Assembly: GCF_013315695.1 (NCBI RefSeq)
Contig: NZ_CP054353.1
Strand: one strand, 5' to 3'
Length of the DNA stretch: 64,000 nucleotides
Source of the DNA: Escherichia coli
GTDB taxonomy: Bacteria > Pseudomonadota > Gammaproteobacteria > Enterobacterales > Enterobacteriaceae
Position numbers and translations under genes: made by a program. Position 1 is the first letter of the stretch; the number at the start of each line of letters is the position of its first letter. The notes beneath the pieces were generated by a model. That model saw only the letters and a list, made by a program, of their open reading frames with translations, did not search any database and had not been told where the DNA came from. Of this stretch, positions 32,670-45,078 are shown piece after piece.

Positions 32670-32753
32670 GGGAGGGAACCTTTCCGTGGCAAATAAGTGG
32701 TCTGGTTTTAATCCTCCCGGTCAGTTGAAACAAGTCTGTATACGGACGAAGAA

Positions 32754-32776
32754 CCCGGCAGAAGCTGGCTGCCGGG
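32754..32776 (-). terminator. Hairpin downstream of livF (possible livKHMGF terminator)
   Basis: CCCGGCAG-N7-CTGCCGGG about 12 nt after the livF stop; weak U-tract. Confidence 0.4.
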
Positions 32777-32787
32777 TATTCGATAAT

Positions 32788-33501
32788 TTACCCGCCTAAA
32801 TACGCACTTCTCACCGCTTCGTTTGCCAGCAGCGCATCGCCGGTATCGGAGAGCACCACATGACCGTTTTCCAGCACGTAGCCGCGATCCGCCAGCTTTA
32901 GCGCCTGGTTGGCGTTCTGCTCGACGAGGAAGATGGTCATCCCCTGCTCGCGCAGTTGTTCGATGGTGTCGAAAATTTGCTGGATGATAATCGGTGCCAG
33001 CCCGAGCGATGGCTCATCAAGCAGTAGCAAACGCGGGTTACTCATCAAAGCGCGACCAATCGCCAGCATCTGCTGTTCACCGCCGGACATAGTGCCCGCT
33101 CGCTGAACACGGCGCTCATGCAGACGTGGAAACAGTTCGTAGACCCACTTTATGCGCTCCTGGAACTGGTCGCGTTCGGCAAAAAAGCCGCCCATCGCCA
33201 GGTTCTCTTCCACCGTCATCCGCGAGAAGACGCGACGCCCTTCCGGGACAATCGCTACCGCTTCGCGCATGATTTTCGCCGTCTGCCAGTCGGTAATGTC
33301 TTTATCATCAAACACAATTCGCCCGCTGGTGGCGCGCGGATCGCCGCATAACGTGCCGAGCAAGGTGGTTTTCCCCGCCCCGTTCGCGCCAATCAGCGTG
33401 ACAATTTCGCCCTGATTGATATGCAGGCTCACCTCATGCAGCGCCTGGATTTTGCCGTAGTGGGCGCTGACTTTGTCAAAGGACAACATGACTTTTTCCA
33501 T
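32788..33501 (-). CDS. livF: Branched-chain amino acid ABC transporter ATPase
   Basis: ATG at 33501 (ORF track starts 4 codons upstream at GTG) gives 237 aa MEKVMLSFDKV...; Walker A GANGAGKTT. Confidence 0.95.
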   Translation of the reverse strand: MEKVMLSFDKVSAHYGKIQALHEVSLHINQGEIVTLIGANGAGKTTLLGTLCGDPRATSGRIVFDDKDITDWQTAKIMREAVAIVPEGRRVFSRMTVEENLAMGGFFAERDQFQERIKWVYELFPRLHERRVQRAGTMSGGEQQMLAIGRALMSNPRLLLLDEPSLGLAPIIIQQIFDTIEQLREQGMTIFLVEQNANQALKLADRGYVLENGHVVLSDTGDALLANEAVRSAYLGG

Positions 33502-33502
33502 C

Positions 33503-34270
33503 TTATGCCTCACCTAAATAGGCTCGGATCACGTCCGGGTTATTACGGATCTGCTCCGGTGTACCGTTTGCCAGCGGCGTCCCCTGGTTGACCACGTAAA
33601 TTCGGTCTGAAATTCCCATCACCAGCTTCATATCGTGTTCAATCAACAAGATAGTGGTGTTGTGATGATTACGCAGTTCGGCAATCAGCTCATCCAGCTC
33701 TTTCGTCTCTTTCGGGTTAAGTCCTGCTGCCGGTTCGTCGAGCATTAAAATCTCCGGCTGCGTCACCATGCAGCGGGCGATCTCCAGACGACGCTGGTCG
33801 CCATAGGCCAGGTTACTCGCCTGACGGTTGGCGTGTTCCAGCAAACCAATGCGCTCAAGCCAGGTGGCGGCGCGGTCGAGCGCTTCGCTCTGGGCGCGAC
33901 GGAAAGAAGGCGTTTTCAACAGGCCGGAGAACAGCCCGGTTTTCAGTTGCTGATGCTGTGCCACCAGCAGGTTTTCAATCACCGTCATTTCACGGAACAG
34001 ACGTACATGCTGGAAGGTGCGCACCACGCCCATGCGGGCAATTTGCTGCCCCGGTAAACCTTCCAGATGCTGATCGCGCAGTAAAATGGTGCCGCCGGTG
34101 GGTTTATAGAATCCGGTCAGGCAGTTGAAGACCGTGGTTTTTCCGGCACCGTTAGGGCCGATTAACGAGACGATCTCCTGCGGGTACAGTTCGAGATTGA
34201 CGTTGTTCACCGCCAGCAGGCCGCCGAAGCGCATCATCAGACCGTTAACAGATAATAATGTCTGACTCAT
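33503..34270 (-). CDS. livG: Branched-chain amino acid ABC transporter ATPase
   Basis: 255-aa ORF; Walker [10 protein letters not shown]. Confidence 0.95.
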   Translation of the reverse strand: MSQTLLSVNGLMMRFGGLLAVNNVNLELYPQEIVSLIGPNGAGKTTVFNCLTGFYKPTGGTILLRDQHLEGLPGQQIARMGVVRTFQHVRLFREMTVIENLLVAQHQQLKTGLFSGLLKTPSFRRAQSEALDRAATWLERIGLLEHANRQASNLAYGDQRRLEIARCMVTQPEILMLDEPAAGLNPKETKELDELIAELRNHHNTTILLIEHDMKLVMGISDRIYVVNQGTPLANGTPEQIRNNPDVIRAYLGEA

Positions 34271-35544
34271 GCCTGCTCTCCTTTCGCTGCGCCGTTCTTC
34301 AGCTTGAGTTGCGGGCGCGTCATGGGCAGCAAGCCCTGCGGACGCCAGATCATCATCAGCACCATCAAACCACCAAGCATTAACATGCTGTATTCGTTGA
34401 AATCACGCATCAACTCGCGCGATACCACCAGCAAAACAGCCGCCAGAATCACTGCAAATTGCGAGCCCATACCGCCGAGCACCACTATCGCCAGCACAAA
34501 CGCCGATTCGGCAAAAGTGAAGGATTCAGGGCTGACAAAGCCCTGGCGCGCAGCAAACAACGTTCCGGCAAAACCGGCAAACGCAGCGCTGATGGTAAAG
34601 GCAGTCAGCTTGATACGACGCGGGCTTAAGCCCAGCGAACGGCAGGCGATCTCGTCTTCACGCAACGCTTCCCACGCACGACCCAGCGGCATCCGCAGCA
34701 GGCGGTTAATGACAAACAGGCTTAACACCACCAGCAGCAACGCCACCAGGTAGAGGAAAATGACGCGATCGGAGGGATCGTATTTCAGGCCAAAGAAATT
34801 ACTGAACGTGTCCCAGCCGCCTTCGCGGGCGGTACGGCTGAACTCGAGGCCGAAGAAAGTCGGTTTCGGGATCTGACTAATTCCGTTCGGGCCACCGGTG
34901 ATTTCAGTGTTATTGAGCAGCAAGATGCGCACAATTTCGCCGAAACCGAGGGTAACGATCGCCAGATAGTCGCCACGTAAACGCAACACCGGGAAGCCGA
35001 GCAGGAAGCCCGCCGCCGCCGCCATCAACCCGGCAATCGGCAGACAGGTCCAGAAGCCCAGACCGTAATAGTGATTGAGCAGCGCAAAAGTGTAAGCGCC
35101 GATGGCGTAAAAGCCGCCGTATCCCAGCACCAGCAGACCAGAAAGACCTACCACCACGTTCAGCCCGAGACCGAGAATAATGTAGATCATGGTCAGGGTG
35201 GCGATATCCACCGTCCCACGTGAAACCATAAACGGCCACGCCACCGCAATCACCAGCAGCGCCACGAGAAACAGCTTTTGCTTCACCGTGGAGCCATCAA
35301 TCGCTGGCAGAATAAACTTAGGCCCGGAAACGCTTTTCAGCCCTTTCTGGAAAGCCGGTCGCAAAATCTGGAAGAAAAAGACCACCGCCGTGCCGATAAA
35401 CACCCACTGCCAACGGATGTCTGAAGCCGTGTCGACCACCAGTTTGGTGCCATCCAGCTCCAGTTGCACGCCCATAAAGACGCCAGCGAGGACAAAGAAC
35501 ATCGCGGCAGAGAGCAGCGCCATTGCAATATGCATCGGTTTCAT
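34267..35544 (-). CDS. livM: Branched-chain amino acid ABC transporter permease
   Basis: 425-aa membrane ORF. Confidence 0.95.
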   Translation of the reverse strand: MKPMHIAMALLSAAMFFVLAGVFMGVQLELDGTKLVVDTASDIRWQWVFIGTAVVFFFQILRPAFQKGLKSVSGPKFILPAIDGSTVKQKLFLVALLVIAVAWPFMVSRGTVDIATLTMIYIILGLGLNVVVGLSGLLVLGYGGFYAIGAYTFALLNHYYGLGFWTCLPIAGLMAAAAGFLLGFPVLRLRGDYLAIVTLGFGEIVRILLLNNTEITGGPNGISQIPKPTFFGLEFSRTAREGGWDTFSNFFGLKYDPSDRVIFLYLVALLLVVLSLFVINRLLRMPLGRAWEALREDEIACRSLGLSPRRIKLTAFTISAAFAGFAGTLFAARQGFVSPESFTFAESAFVLAIVVLGGMGSQFAVILAAVLLVVSRELMRDFNEYSMLMLGGLMVLMMIWRPQGLLPMTRPQLKLKNGAAKGEQA

Positions 35545-36467
35545 ACTTTCTCTACCTCCGGGCGACCCAGAATACCGGTCGGCATCACCAGCAACACCAG
35601 AATCAGCAGGGCGAATGAGACCACATCTTTATATTCCGTACTCAGATAGGCAGAAGAGAGCGCCTCCGCAATCCCCAGAATCAGGCCGCCAATCATCGCT
35701 CCCGGAATGCTGCCAATCCCACCGAGCACCGCAGCGGTAAAGGCTTTCATCCCGGCCATAAAGCCGATGTAGGGGTTAATTACGCCGTAGAACTGACCGA
35801 GCAGCACACCCGCCACCGCCGCCATCGCCGCGCCAATCACAAAGGTCAGCGCAATCACCCGATCGGTGTTGATGCCAAGCAGGCTCGCCATTTTCAGATC
35901 TTCCGCGCAGGCACGACAGGCGCGCCCCATGCGGGAATAGCGAATGAAAATCGTCAGCGCCAGCATGGCGAGGAAAGTAACAATCCAGATCACCGCCTGC
36001 ATGGTGGTAATAGAGGCAGAGAAGTTTTCGCTATGGCCCACCACCCACTGACCGTTAAACAGGCTCGGCAGCGCCACGTCGCGCGAACCTTCGGTCAGGC
36101 TGACGTAGTTTTGCAGGAAGATAGACATGCCGATTGCGGAAATAAGCGCAATCAGGCGCTTAGAGTTACGCACCGGGCGATAGGCCACCCGTTCGATACT
36201 CCAGCCGTAGGCGCTGGCAATGACGATTGCGCCAACGAATCCCGCCGCCACCAGCAGCCAGCCGGTATCAATTCCCAGCATCATCAGTGCAGCGATGATC
36301 ATAAAGGAGACGTAGCTGCCGATCATATAAACCTCACCGTGGGCGAAGTTGATCATGCCGATAATGCCGTAAACCATGGTGTAGCCGATGGCTATCAGCG
36401 CGTAGGTACTGCCCAGCGTGACGCCGTTAAACATCTGCTGCAAGAAATACAAAAACTGCTCAGACAT
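35541..36467 (-). CDS. livH: Branched-chain amino acid ABC transporter permease
   Basis: 308-aa membrane ORF. Confidence 0.95.
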   Translation of the reverse strand: MSEQFLYFLQQMFNGVTLGSTYALIAIGYTMVYGIIGMINFAHGEVYMIGSYVSFMIIAALMMLGIDTGWLLVAAGFVGAIVIASAYGWSIERVAYRPVRNSKRLIALISAIGMSIFLQNYVSLTEGSRDVALPSLFNGQWVVGHSENFSASITTMQAVIWIVTFLAMLALTIFIRYSRMGRACRACAEDLKMASLLGINTDRVIALTFVIGAAMAAVAGVLLGQFYGVINPYIGFMAGMKAFTAAVLGGIGSIPGAMIGGLILGIAEALSSAYLSTEYKDVVSFALLILVLLVMPTGILGRPEVEKV

Positions 36468-36514
36468 AAGGTAACCTTTCTAAACCCGCCCGTTTTTCAC
36501 GGGCAGTGGGATGA

Positions 36515-37624
36515 TCACTTGGCTGCCGTGGATGAACCGTCGGCGTGCCACTGGAAGACACCAAAATCAAATCCCTTAAGATCGCCTTTTTCATCCCAGT
36601 TCAGCGGCCCAATTACGGTGTTTGCACCGTTAGCTTTTAAATCTTTCACCAGCGCCAGCGGCTCATCGCTGCCGGTACGCTCAAGTGCAGTCGCCAGAGA
36701 TTGCACCGCCGCGTAAGTGATCCAGACATATGGCCCGGACGGATCTTTCTTGTCTGCTTTCAGCGCATCAACGATGTCCTGATTTGCCGGATCCTGGTCA
36801 TAGCGTTTTGGCATAGTGACCAACATGCCTTCGGCAGCATCGCCAGCAATATTCGACAACGACGCATTACCCACACCTTCCGGCCCCATAAACTGGGTTT
36901 TCAGGCCAACGGAACGGGCCTGGCGCAGCATCTGCCCCATTTCCGGGTAGTAACCGCCGTAGTAAACGAAGTCGATGTTTTCTTTTTTCAGGCGGGCGAT
37001 CAGCGCGGAGAAATCTTTCTCTCCAGCGGTAATGCCGTCGAAGAAGACGACGTTGGCGTTAGCCGCTTTCAGCCCGTCCTGCACCGAACGTGCCAGTCCT
37101 TCGCCATACTGTTGTTTGTCGTGAATGATGGCGATGCGCTGGGGCTTCACCGTCTCAAGAATGTATTTTGCCGCCGTTGGCCCCTGGGAAGAGTCCAGCC
37201 CGGCAGTACGCATGATGTATTGATAACCGCGTTGGGTCAGCTCCGGATTGGTCGCTCCCGGCGAGATCATCAGAATACCTTCGTCTTCATAGATATCTGA
37301 TGCAGGTTGGGTAGAGGAGGAACACAGATGACCAATAACATATTTAATGCCGTCGTTAACGATTTTGTTGGCGACCGCAACGGCTTGTTTCGGGTCGCAG
37401 GCGTCGTCATATTCCACGCCAACCAGTTTATCGCCCTTAATTCCCCCTTTGGCATTAATGTCTTTAATTGCCTGACGCGCGCCGTTAAATTCCATATCGC
37501 CCCACTGGGCAATCGGGCCGGACATCGCGCCGACAACGGCGACTTTAATATCGTCAGCCATAGCGGTGTGTGAAATTGTCAGTGCAATCATCCCTGCGAT
37601 GATAGTTTTCGCATTCCGTTTCAT
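36515..37624 (-). CDS. livK: Leucine-specific periplasmic binding protein
   Basis: ATG at 37624 gives 369 aa [32 protein letters not shown]...; ORF track starts 18 codons upstream. Confidence 0.95.
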   Translation of the reverse strand: MKRNAKTIIAGMIALTISHTAMADDIKVAVVGAMSGPIAQWGDMEFNGARQAIKDINAKGGIKGDKLVGVEYDDACDPKQAVAVANKIVNDGIKYVIGHLCSSSTQPASDIYEDEGILMISPGATNPELTQRGYQYIMRTAGLDSSQGPTAAKYILETVKPQRIAIIHDKQQYGEGLARSVQDGLKAANANVVFFDGITAGEKDFSALIARLKKENIDFVYYGGYYPEMGQMLRQARSVGLKTQFMGPEGVGNASLSNIAGDAAEGMLVTMPKRYDQDPANQDIVDALKADKKDPSGPYVWITYAAVQSLATALERTGSDEPLALVKDLKANGANTVIGPLNWDEKGDLKGFDFGVFQWHADGSSTAAK

Positions 37625-38047
37625 AGTCAAAAATCCCCATTCGTGATGTTGTGTTGCTTTGTTTTTATGTGTTAACAAATCAGACTGTTCTTTTTTTATA
37701 CTGCACTGTTTTTACCTGTCTGATTAAGGGTTTAGCGCAGTACTTTGTGATGATAGCGATTAAAACCCCTATTTTTCAGTCGATTAATAACAGATAATAT
37801 TCTGAATTTATTGATAGATAAACAGAAAAAAGCGCCGTTGTCAGCATAAAATAACGGTACAAAGGGCAGAATAATTCACTACCATTTAGGGGATTATGCT
37901 GGATATTTTTCATTCTCTAATGTTTTAACTTTGTAATTATTGCTGAAAAAAAATTAATCACCTGCCAAAAGAAATAAAAAAGAGAAAGCCTCCGATTAAA
38001 TTATTTCGCTACACTGGTTCCACTTTTGTGATTTACACGGGTTCCCC

Positions 38048-38431
38048 ATGAAGCTGACCATCATTCGATTAGAAAACTTTAGCGACCAGGACCGGATTGA
38101 CCTGCAAAAGATCTGGCCGGAATATTCCCCTTCCTCTTTACAGGTTGACGATAACCACCGCATCTACGCCGCGCGTTTTAACGAGCGCCTGCTCGCGGCC
38201 GTGCGGGTAACCTTAAGCGGCACTGAGGGGGCACTGGATTCCCTGCGCGTGCGGGAAGTCACCCGCCGTCGCGGTGTGGGGCAATATCTGCTGGAAGAGG
38301 TTTTGCGTACCAATCCTGGCGTTTCATGTTGGTGGATGGCGGATGCTGGCGTGGAAGATCGCGGCGTGATGACGGCGTTTATGCGAGCACTGGGATTTAC
38401 GGCACAACAGGGTGGCTGGGAGAAGCGTTAA
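38048..38431 (+). CDS. panM: PanD maturation/regulatory factor (GNAT-like)
   Basis: 127-aa ORF MKLTIIRLENFSDQDRIDLQKIWPEY... between the liv operons. Confidence 0.9.
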   Translation: MKLTIIRLENFSDQDRIDLQKIWPEYSPSSLQVDDNHRIYAARFNERLLAAVRVTLSGTEGALDSLRVREVTRRRGVGQYLLEEVLRTNPGVSCWWMADAGVEDRGVMTAFMRALGFTAQQGGWEKR

Positions 38432-38460
38432 TCGTCAAGTTTGATTTCACAAGTGATATT

Positions 38461-38560
<100 letters not shown>

Positions 38561-38618
38561 TGAAGCAACGTACTCGATATTAGCAATTTGGCGGCAACCC
38601 AAAGTTGCCGATTAATGA

Positions 38619-39722
38619 TTACTTCGCATCGGTCGCCGTGCCGTTGGCGTGCCAGTCAAATACGCCGAACTCAAAGCCTTTCAGATCGCCTTTCTCATCC
38701 CAGCTAAGCGGCCCCATCACCGTATCAACCGAGTTCGCTTTCAGGTATTTAGCGATCTCCGCCGGATCGTCAGACTGATTCAGCCCCGCTTGCAAAGATT
38801 GCAGCGCGGCGTAGGTGGTCCAGACGAACGCGCCGCTTGGGTCCTGTTTTTTCGCTTTGATCGCGTCAACAATCGGTTTGTTCGCCGGAACCTGATCGTA
38901 GTTCTTCGGCTTGGTCACCAGCAGCCCTTCCGCTGATTCGCCTGCAATGTTAGACAGCGAGACGTTAGCCACGCCTTCCGGCCCCATAAACTGAGTTTTC
39001 AACCCTGCCGCGCGTGCCTGACGCAGGATTTGCCCCATTTCCGGGTGATAACCACCGTAGTAAACGAAGTCGATATTCTCTTTCTTCAAACGCGCCACCA
39101 GGGTAGAGAAATCTTTTTCCCCAGCGGTGATACCATCAAAGAACACCACGTTAGCATTGCCTTTCTTCAGGCCGTCCTGCACCGCACGCGCCAGACCTTC
39201 GCCGTACTGCTGTTTGTCGTGGACGATAGCAATACGCTGCGGTTTCACTTTCTCAAGAATATATTTCGCCGCCGTCGGCCCCTGGTCGGAGTCCAGGCCG
39301 GTAGTGCGCAGGATCAGCTGATAGCCACGGGCGGTCAGCTCTGGCGCGGTTGCCGCTGGGGTGATCATTAAAATGCCTTCATCTTCATAGATGTCTGACG
39401 CTGGCTGCGTTGATGAAGAACAGAGGTGACCAATCACATATTTAATGCCGTCGTTAACGACTTTGTTCGCCACCGCAACCGCCTGTTTCGGGTCACAGGC
39501 ATCGTCATATTTCACGATTTGCAGTTTGTTGCCTTTGATACCACCTTTAGCATTGATATCCGCAACCGCCTGCTCAGCACCAGTAAACTCCTGGTCACCG
39601 TACTGCGCCACCGGACCGGACATTGCGCCTACGACGGCGACTTTAATATCTTCTGCCAGAGCCATATTGCTGAATGCCAGCGCGATACATCCTGCCAGTA
39701 ACGCTTTACCCTTTATGTTCAT
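38619..39722 (-). CDS. livJ: Leu/Ile/Val periplasmic binding protein
   Basis: ATG at 39722 gives 367 aa [32 protein letters not shown]...; ORF track starts 33 codons upstream. Confidence 0.95.
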   Translation of the reverse strand: MNIKGKALLAGCIALAFSNMALAEDIKVAVVGAMSGPVAQYGDQEFTGAEQAVADINAKGGIKGNKLQIVKYDDACDPKQAVAVANKVVNDGIKYVIGHLCSSSTQPASDIYEDEGILMITPAATAPELTARGYQLILRTTGLDSDQGPTAAKYILEKVKPQRIAIVHDKQQYGEGLARAVQDGLKKGNANVVFFDGITAGEKDFSTLVARLKKENIDFVYYGGYHPEMGQILRQARAAGLKTQFMGPEGVANVSLSNIAGESAEGLLVTKPKNYDQVPANKPIVDAIKAKKQDPSGAFVWTTYAALQSLQAGLNQSDDPAEIAKYLKANSVDTVMGPLSWDEKGDLKGFEFGVFDWHANGTATDAK

Positions 39723-39993
39723 CCTGAGAATCCCCACTCTTCTGGTTATTACGTGTGTTGTGATGTTGTTGTGCAGCACTTTATTTCGTTTTATACGTAG
39801 CCACCCGTGCTTTAGCAGCATACTCTGCTAAAACATACCCCATTTTTATGATATTGGAATAGCTATTTTGACAGTTTATTAACAATCTGCGTGGGGATTG
39901 GCGTTTTGCCGGAGGGGGAAACTGATTATTGTAGAGGCCCAAAAAACAAAAACCCCGGACTCTCATCCAGGGTTCTCTGCTTAATAGCGGAAA

Positions 39994-40848
39994 TTACGCT
40001 TCAATGGCAGCGCGCAATTTTTTCATCGCGTTCTTTTCCAGCTGACGCACACGCTCAGCGGAAACACCGTAACGGTCAGCCAGTTCCTGCAACGTGGACT
40101 TGTTGTCTTCGTCCAGCCAGCGCGCGCGGATGATATCCTGGCTACGCTCGTCCAGACCTTGCATCGCGTCGGTCAGACGGTTTGCCGCCTGCTCTTCCCA
40201 GTTATCATCTTCGATGCCGTCAGCAAAGTTAGATGATTTATCCTGCAGATAGAGCACCGGAGCCATCGGCTGGCTGTCGGAATCGTCATCGGAAGACAGG
40301 TCAAAGGTCATGTCCTGTGCCGCCATACGCGATTCCATCTCACGTACGTCTTTGCTGGTTACGCCCAGTTCACGGGCCACCATTTCGACTTCATCCTGAT
40401 TAAACCAGCCCAGACGCTGCTTGGTTTTACGCAGGTTGAAGAACAGTTTGCGCTGCGCTTTGGTGGTCGCAACTTTGACGATACGCCAGTTGCGCAGAAC
40501 GTATTCGTGGATCTCTGCTTTGATCCAGTGAACGGCGAAGGAGACCAGGCGCACACCCACTTCCGGGTTAAAACGGCGCACTGCTTTCATCAGGCCGATG
40601 TTACCTTCCTGAATCAAATCCGCCTGTGGCAGGCCATAGCCCGCATAATTACGAGCAATATGAACAACAAACCGCAGGTGAGACAGGATCAGCGTTTTAG
40701 CTGCTTCCAGATCGCCATGGTAATGCAGCTTTTCAGCCAGCGCCCGCTCCTCGTCAGCCGACAACATCGGCCACGCGTTAGCTGCCCGGATGTAGGAATC
40801 CAGGTTGCCAACTGGGGCTAAAGCTAAACTTTGCATTTTGTCAGTCAT
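39994..40848 (-). CDS. rpoH: RNA polymerase sigma-32 (heat-shock sigma factor)
   Basis: 284-aa ORF with the RpoH-box region [17 protein letters not shown]. Confidence 0.97.
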   Translation of the reverse strand: MTDKMQSLALAPVGNLDSYIRAANAWPMLSADEERALAEKLHYHGDLEAAKTLILSHLRFVVHIARNYAGYGLPQADLIQEGNIGLMKAVRRFNPEVGVRLVSFAVHWIKAEIHEYVLRNWRIVKVATTKAQRKLFFNLRKTKQRLGWFNQDEVEMVARELGVTSKDVREMESRMAAQDMTFDLSSDDDSDSQPMAPVLYLQDKSSNFADGIEDDNWEEQAANRLTDAMQGLDERSQDIIRARWLDEDNKSTLQELADRYGVSAERVRQLEKNAMKKLRAAIEA

Positions 40849-40942
40849 TCAAATCCTCTCAATCGATATCTTCTGGCGCTTCAGTGGTAGCAACAACTGT
40901 GCCAGAGCTTAAGAGCAACGAGGTTATCATTCACTGTTTTAT

Positions 40943-40968
40943 CAGACAGTGATTTTATCCACAAGTTC
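40943..40968 (-). promoter_or_regulatory. Sigma-E-type promoter upstream of rpoH (P3-like)
   Basis: Minus strand reads GAACTT-N15-GTCTGA, matching the sigma-E consensus (GGAACTT ... TCTGA), about 100 nt upstream of the rpoH start. Confidence 0.6.
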
Positions 40969-41042
40969 AATGCAACGCTGTGAATAAATTACGCACAAAA
41001 TGTGACATAGAGATGAAATACCGGGAAGAGACAACGGGGTCT

Positions 41043-41075
41043 CTTTCCCTGCTACGGAACCCATTGCAGGGAAAG
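41043..41075 (-). terminator. Stem-loop just downstream of ftsX (terminator-like, no clear U-tract)
   Basis: Perfect 10-bp inverted repeat CTTTCCCTGC ... GCAGGGAAAG with a 13-nt loop, about 18 nt after the ftsX stop. Confidence 0.35.
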
Positions 41076-41092
41076 AGTATAACACGCTTTTA

Positions 41093-42151
41093 TTATTCAG
41101 GCGTAAAGTGGCGTAAATGTTGTACCGTGGCAAGCCACGCTGCCACCCAGCCAATCATCGAGCATACCAGCAGCAATAGCAGGCATTCATCGAACGATAA
41201 GCCATTGATATCAAACTTTGTTCCGAAAACCTGTGCCACTTCCGCAACCGCCGATGACAAACGCAGTACCAGAATTTCTGACAAAATTAGTGACAACAAT
41301 GCGCCAGAAAATCCCAGCAGTGCGCCACCGTACAGGAACGGGCGCAGGATGAAACCATCCGTCGCACCAATCAGTTTCTGCACGTTAATGGAGTCACGGC
41401 GAGCAAAGATACTCAGGCGCACACTGTTACCGATGACGAGGAACACTGCCGCCACCATCAACACGCCGATCATCGCGGAAACGCGCCCGACCAGCCCGGT
41501 TAACGCCGCCAGACGGGCAAACCAGCTGTCATCCATCCGCACTTCGTCAATGCCGTTGATCTGGGTGATACGATCACGCAGCGTATTCAGTGATTCCGTC
41601 CCCTGAAAATCGAGTTTCGGGATCACCACCGCCACTGCCGGAAGCGGGTTTTCTTCCAGCATATCCAGCGCACCACCAAAACCAGACCAGTTACGGAACT
41701 CGCCCAGTGCGTCTTCACGAGAAAGATAATTCACTTTCTCCACGCCTTGCTCAGCCTGCAACTGTGCCACCACGCCCGCAGCGGCGTCATCATCCAGCGT
41801 TTTTTGCAGATAAACAGTGATTTGCGGTGACGGATAATATTGCGTCGCCGCCTGGTTAACGTTTTTGTACACCATATAACAGACGCTGGGCAGCGTCAGG
41901 GAGATGGCGATAACCATCACCGTTAAAAACGTGGCGAACGGTTTGCTTTTCAGATCTTGCAATGCGCCGTGGAAGGCATAGCGCACCTGTTCGTTGAAAA
42001 CGTTGGTTTTGCGATTTACCGGTTTTGGCGAGGATTTCGCACGTTTCGGCGCGTTACGACCGCCGTCGCCAGAGCCGCCGACCGATTTACGGAAGCGATC
42101 CAGACGCCCGCCAAACTGCCGAATATGATTGATTGCATCGCGCTTATTCAT
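41093..42151 (-). CDS. ftsX: Cell-division ABC-transporter-like permease
   Basis: ATG at 42151 gives 352 aa [20 protein letters not shown]...; ORF track starts 9 codons upstream; overlaps the ftsE 3' end. Confidence 0.95.
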
Positions 42152-42812
42152 GGCCCACGCCTCCATGCAAGTGACCATCGCTCAGGGTGAGCATGCGATA
42201 GGAACGCCGCGAGATCAGGTTGATGTCGTGCGTTGCCATCAATACGGTTACCCCAACGCGGTTAAACTCTTCAAACAGCCGTAGAATCCCTTCCGACAAC
42301 GCGTCGTCCAGGTTACCGGTCGGTTCGTCCGCCAGCAATACCGCGGGCTTGTTCACCACCGCGCGGGCAATGCCAACACGCTGTTGTTCACCGCCCGAAA
42401 GCTGAATAGGGAAGTTCTTCGCTTTGTCCAGTAGCCCGACTTTATCCAGCGCCGCCGACACCCGGCGACGAATATCGTCACCGCTGGCACCGGCGATAAT
42501 CAGCGGGATCGCCACGTTATCGTAGACGGTACGGTCCATCAGCAGATGGTGATCCTGAAAAATCATACCGATCTGACGACGCAGAAATGGCACCTCGCGA
42601 TTTTTCAGTCGCGTGATGTCATGGCCGCTAAACCAGATTTTCCCAGCACTGGGCCGCTCAATCCCACAAATCAGCTTCAGGAGGGTACTTTTCCCTGCGC
42701 CGGAATGACCGGTCAGAAACGCCATCTCACCCGGCTGCATATGGAACGTCACGCCCTGCAGCGCTTGCCTCCCACCGAGATAAGCCTTGCTGACATGTTC
42801 AAAGCGAATCAT
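42144..42812 (-). CDS. ftsE: Cell-division ATPase
   Basis: 222-aa ORF; Walker [10 protein letters not shown] and LSGGEQQRV signature. Confidence 0.97.
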
Positions 42813-42814
42813 TG

Positions 42815-44329
42815 TTAATCCTCTCGGGCAAAAAGTGCCTCAATAAAGTCGTCCGCTTTAAACGGACGCAAATCCTCAATACGTTCGCCGACACCAATGT
42901 AGCGGATAGGAATACCAAACTGGTCAGCCACCGAGAAAATTACCCCACCTTTCGCTGTACCGTCCAGTTTCGTCAACGTAATGCCGGTTAAACCAACCGC
43001 TTCGTGGAACAGTTTGGCCTGGCTTACCGCATTCTGCCCGGTGCTGGCGTCAATTGTCAGCATAACTTCATGCGGGGCTTCAACGTCGAGCTTCTTCATC
43101 ACGCGGACGATTTTCTTCAGCTCTTCCATCAGGTGCGATTTGTTCTGCAAACGTCCGGCGGTATCGGCAATTAATACGTCGATGTTACGTGCCTTCGCAG
43201 CCTGAATGGCATCGAAGATAACAGAGGCAGAATCGGCACCAGTATGCTGAGCAATCACCGGAATATTGTTGCGCTGGCCCCAGACCTGAAGCTGTTCAAC
43301 CGCTGCCGCACGGAAGGTATCGCCCGCCGCCAGCATCACCGATTTACCCTGCTGCTCAAACTGACGCGCCAGCTTACCGATAGTGGTGGTTTTACCCACG
43401 CCGTTGACGCCTACCATCAGGATCACAAACGGCGCTTTGCCTTCGACGTTAAGCGGTTCATCGACTTTTGCCAGAATCTCGCCCATCTCTTCTTTCAACA
43501 GGCCGTAGAGCGCCTCAGCATCGCGAAGCTGCTTGCGGGTCGCGCCTTCGGTCAGATTAGTGATGATTTTGCGCGTAGTTTCCACACCCACGTCGGCAAT
43601 GAGCAGTTGTTCTTCCAGCTCTTCAAACAGATCATCGTCGATTTTTTTGCCACGGAACAGGCTGATAAATCCTGAACCGAGGTTTTCTTTAGTCTTCAGA
43701 AGGCTGCGTTTCAGGCGCGCGAAGAAACCTTCTTTGGTTGGTTTTTCCTGCTCCTGGGCAATTTCTTCAACCAACGGCTCTTCTTCTACCGCAGGAACAA
43801 GCTCCACCGCCTCTTCTGCGGCTTCATCAGCCAACGCCTGCGCTTCCAGCTCTTCGTCGGTAATCTCTTCTTTTGCCGCTTCTTCTTCCGCCGCGTCGAC
43901 AATCTCTACCGTTTCTGCTTCTGCCTGCCATTCTTCTGGCGAAATCTCTTCGGCTTTGACTTCTTCCGGCAGCGGTTGCTCTTCACGCTCACTAGCCACA
44001 GGCTCAGGTGTGGCTTCAGATTCAACTACCGGTTCCGGCTCTGCAATAACTTCCGGTTCGCTAACCGCTTCCGGCTGCGCTTTTTCGTTTTCGGCAACCT
44101 GTTCAGTGACTTGAACGACGTCGGCAGCGAAAGTTTCCGCCTCTGCTTCAGTATGTGTCTGAGGCAGCTCTTCTGTAGGCTGTTCAGCGACCTTCGCAGG
44201 CTCTTGCGCCTGAACGGTCTCTTCTACAACCGGTTGATCGTTCTGGACTTCTGTCTCTTTTTCCGGGGTCTGCTCTTTTTGACCAAAGCCCAGCCAGGAA
44301 AAAAAGCCACGTTTTTTTTCTTTCGCCAT
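42815..44329 (-). CDS. ftsY: Signal recognition particle receptor
   Basis: 504-aa ORF; acidic Glu/Ala-rich N-domain; GTPase motifs GVNGVGKTTTIGKLA and DTAGR. Confidence 0.95.
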   Translation of the reverse strand: MAKEKKRGFFSWLGFGQKEQTPEKETEVQNDQPVVEETVQAQEPAKVAEQPTEELPQTHTEAEAETFAADVVQVTEQVAENEKAQPEAVSEPEVIAEPEPVVESEATPEPVASEREEQPLPEEVKAEEISPEEWQAEAETVEIVDAAEEEAAKEEITDEELEAQALADEAAEEAVELVPAVEEEPLVEEIAQEQEKPTKEGFFARLKRSLLKTKENLGSGFISLFRGKKIDDDLFEELEEQLLIADVGVETTRKIITNLTEGATRKQLRDAEALYGLLKEEMGEILAKVDEPLNVEGKAPFVILMVGVNGVGKTTTIGKLARQFEQQGKSVMLAAGDTFRAAAVEQLQVWGQRNNIPVIAQHTGADSASVIFDAIQAAKARNIDVLIADTAGRLQNKSHLMEELKKIVRVMKKLDVEAPHEVMLTIDASTGQNAVSQAKLFHEAVGLTGITLTKLDGTAKGGVIFSVADQFGIPIRYIGVGERIEDLRPFKADDFIEALFARED

Positions 44330-44481
44330 CTGCGACTACACTCCTCGCTGTTGCTTCATGGCACAGCGTTAACGACGCTATGTACATAGCAGCTATAAAA
44401 ATGATGAAATAGTCTATCACTTAACTTAATTCACATCACCGCCTGCAAGTATGTGTTAACAGGCGGATTGAGCAAATTGTC

Positions 44482-45078
44482 ATGAAAAAACCGAATCATT
44501 CCGGCAGCGGCCAAATCCGCATTATTGGCGGTCAGTGGCGAGGCCGTAAACTCCCGGTTCCGAATAGCCCTGGTCTGCGCCCCACCACCGATCGCGTACG
44601 TGAAACGCTGTTTAACTGGCTGGCGCCAGTCATTGTTGATGCGCAATGTCTGGATTGTTTCGCCGGCAGCGGCGCACTGGGGCTGGAAGCCTTGTCGCGC
44701 TACGCTGCGGGGGCTACGCTGATTGAGATGGAGCGCACAGTTTCTCAGCAGTTAATCAAAAATCTGGCGACGCTGAAAGCAGGCAATGCACGCGTGGTGA
44801 ACAGTAATGCGATGTCATTCCTGGCGCAAAAAGGTACGCCGCATAATATCGTATTTGTCGATCCGCCATTCCGTCGTGGCTTGTTAGAAGAGACGATTAA
44901 TTTACTGGAAGATAACGGCTGGCTGGCTGACGAAGCCTGGGTTTATGTCGAAAGCGAAGTCGAAAACGGTCTGCCCACCGTTCCGGCAAACTGGTCGTTA
45001 TATCGCGAAAAAGTAGCGGGTCAGGTTGCTTATCGCCTGTATCAACGTGAAACACAAGGAGAAAGTGATGCTGATTAA
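44482..45078 (+). CDS. rsmD: 16S rRNA (guanine966-N2)-methyltransferase
   Basis: 198-aa ORF; SAM-binding LDCFAGSGALGLEALSRYA and DPPF motif. Confidence 0.93.
   Translation: MKKPNHSGSGQIRIIGGQWRGRKLPVPNSPGLRPTTDRVRETLFNWLAPVIVDAQCLDCFAGSGALGLEALSRYAAGATLIEMERTVSQQLIKNLATLKAGNARVVNSNAMSFLAQKGTPHNIVFVDPPFRRGLLEETINLLEDNGWLADEAWVYVESEVENGLPTVPANWSLYREKVAGQVAYRLYQRETQGESDAD

Noticed and set aside
36033-36716. 227-aa plus-strand ORF spanning the livH/livK junction
   Set aside because: Antisense to two well-supported liv genes; no start context.
43533-44114. 193-aa plus-strand Ser/Ala-rich ORF
   Set aside because: Antisense translation of the acidic repeat region of ftsY.
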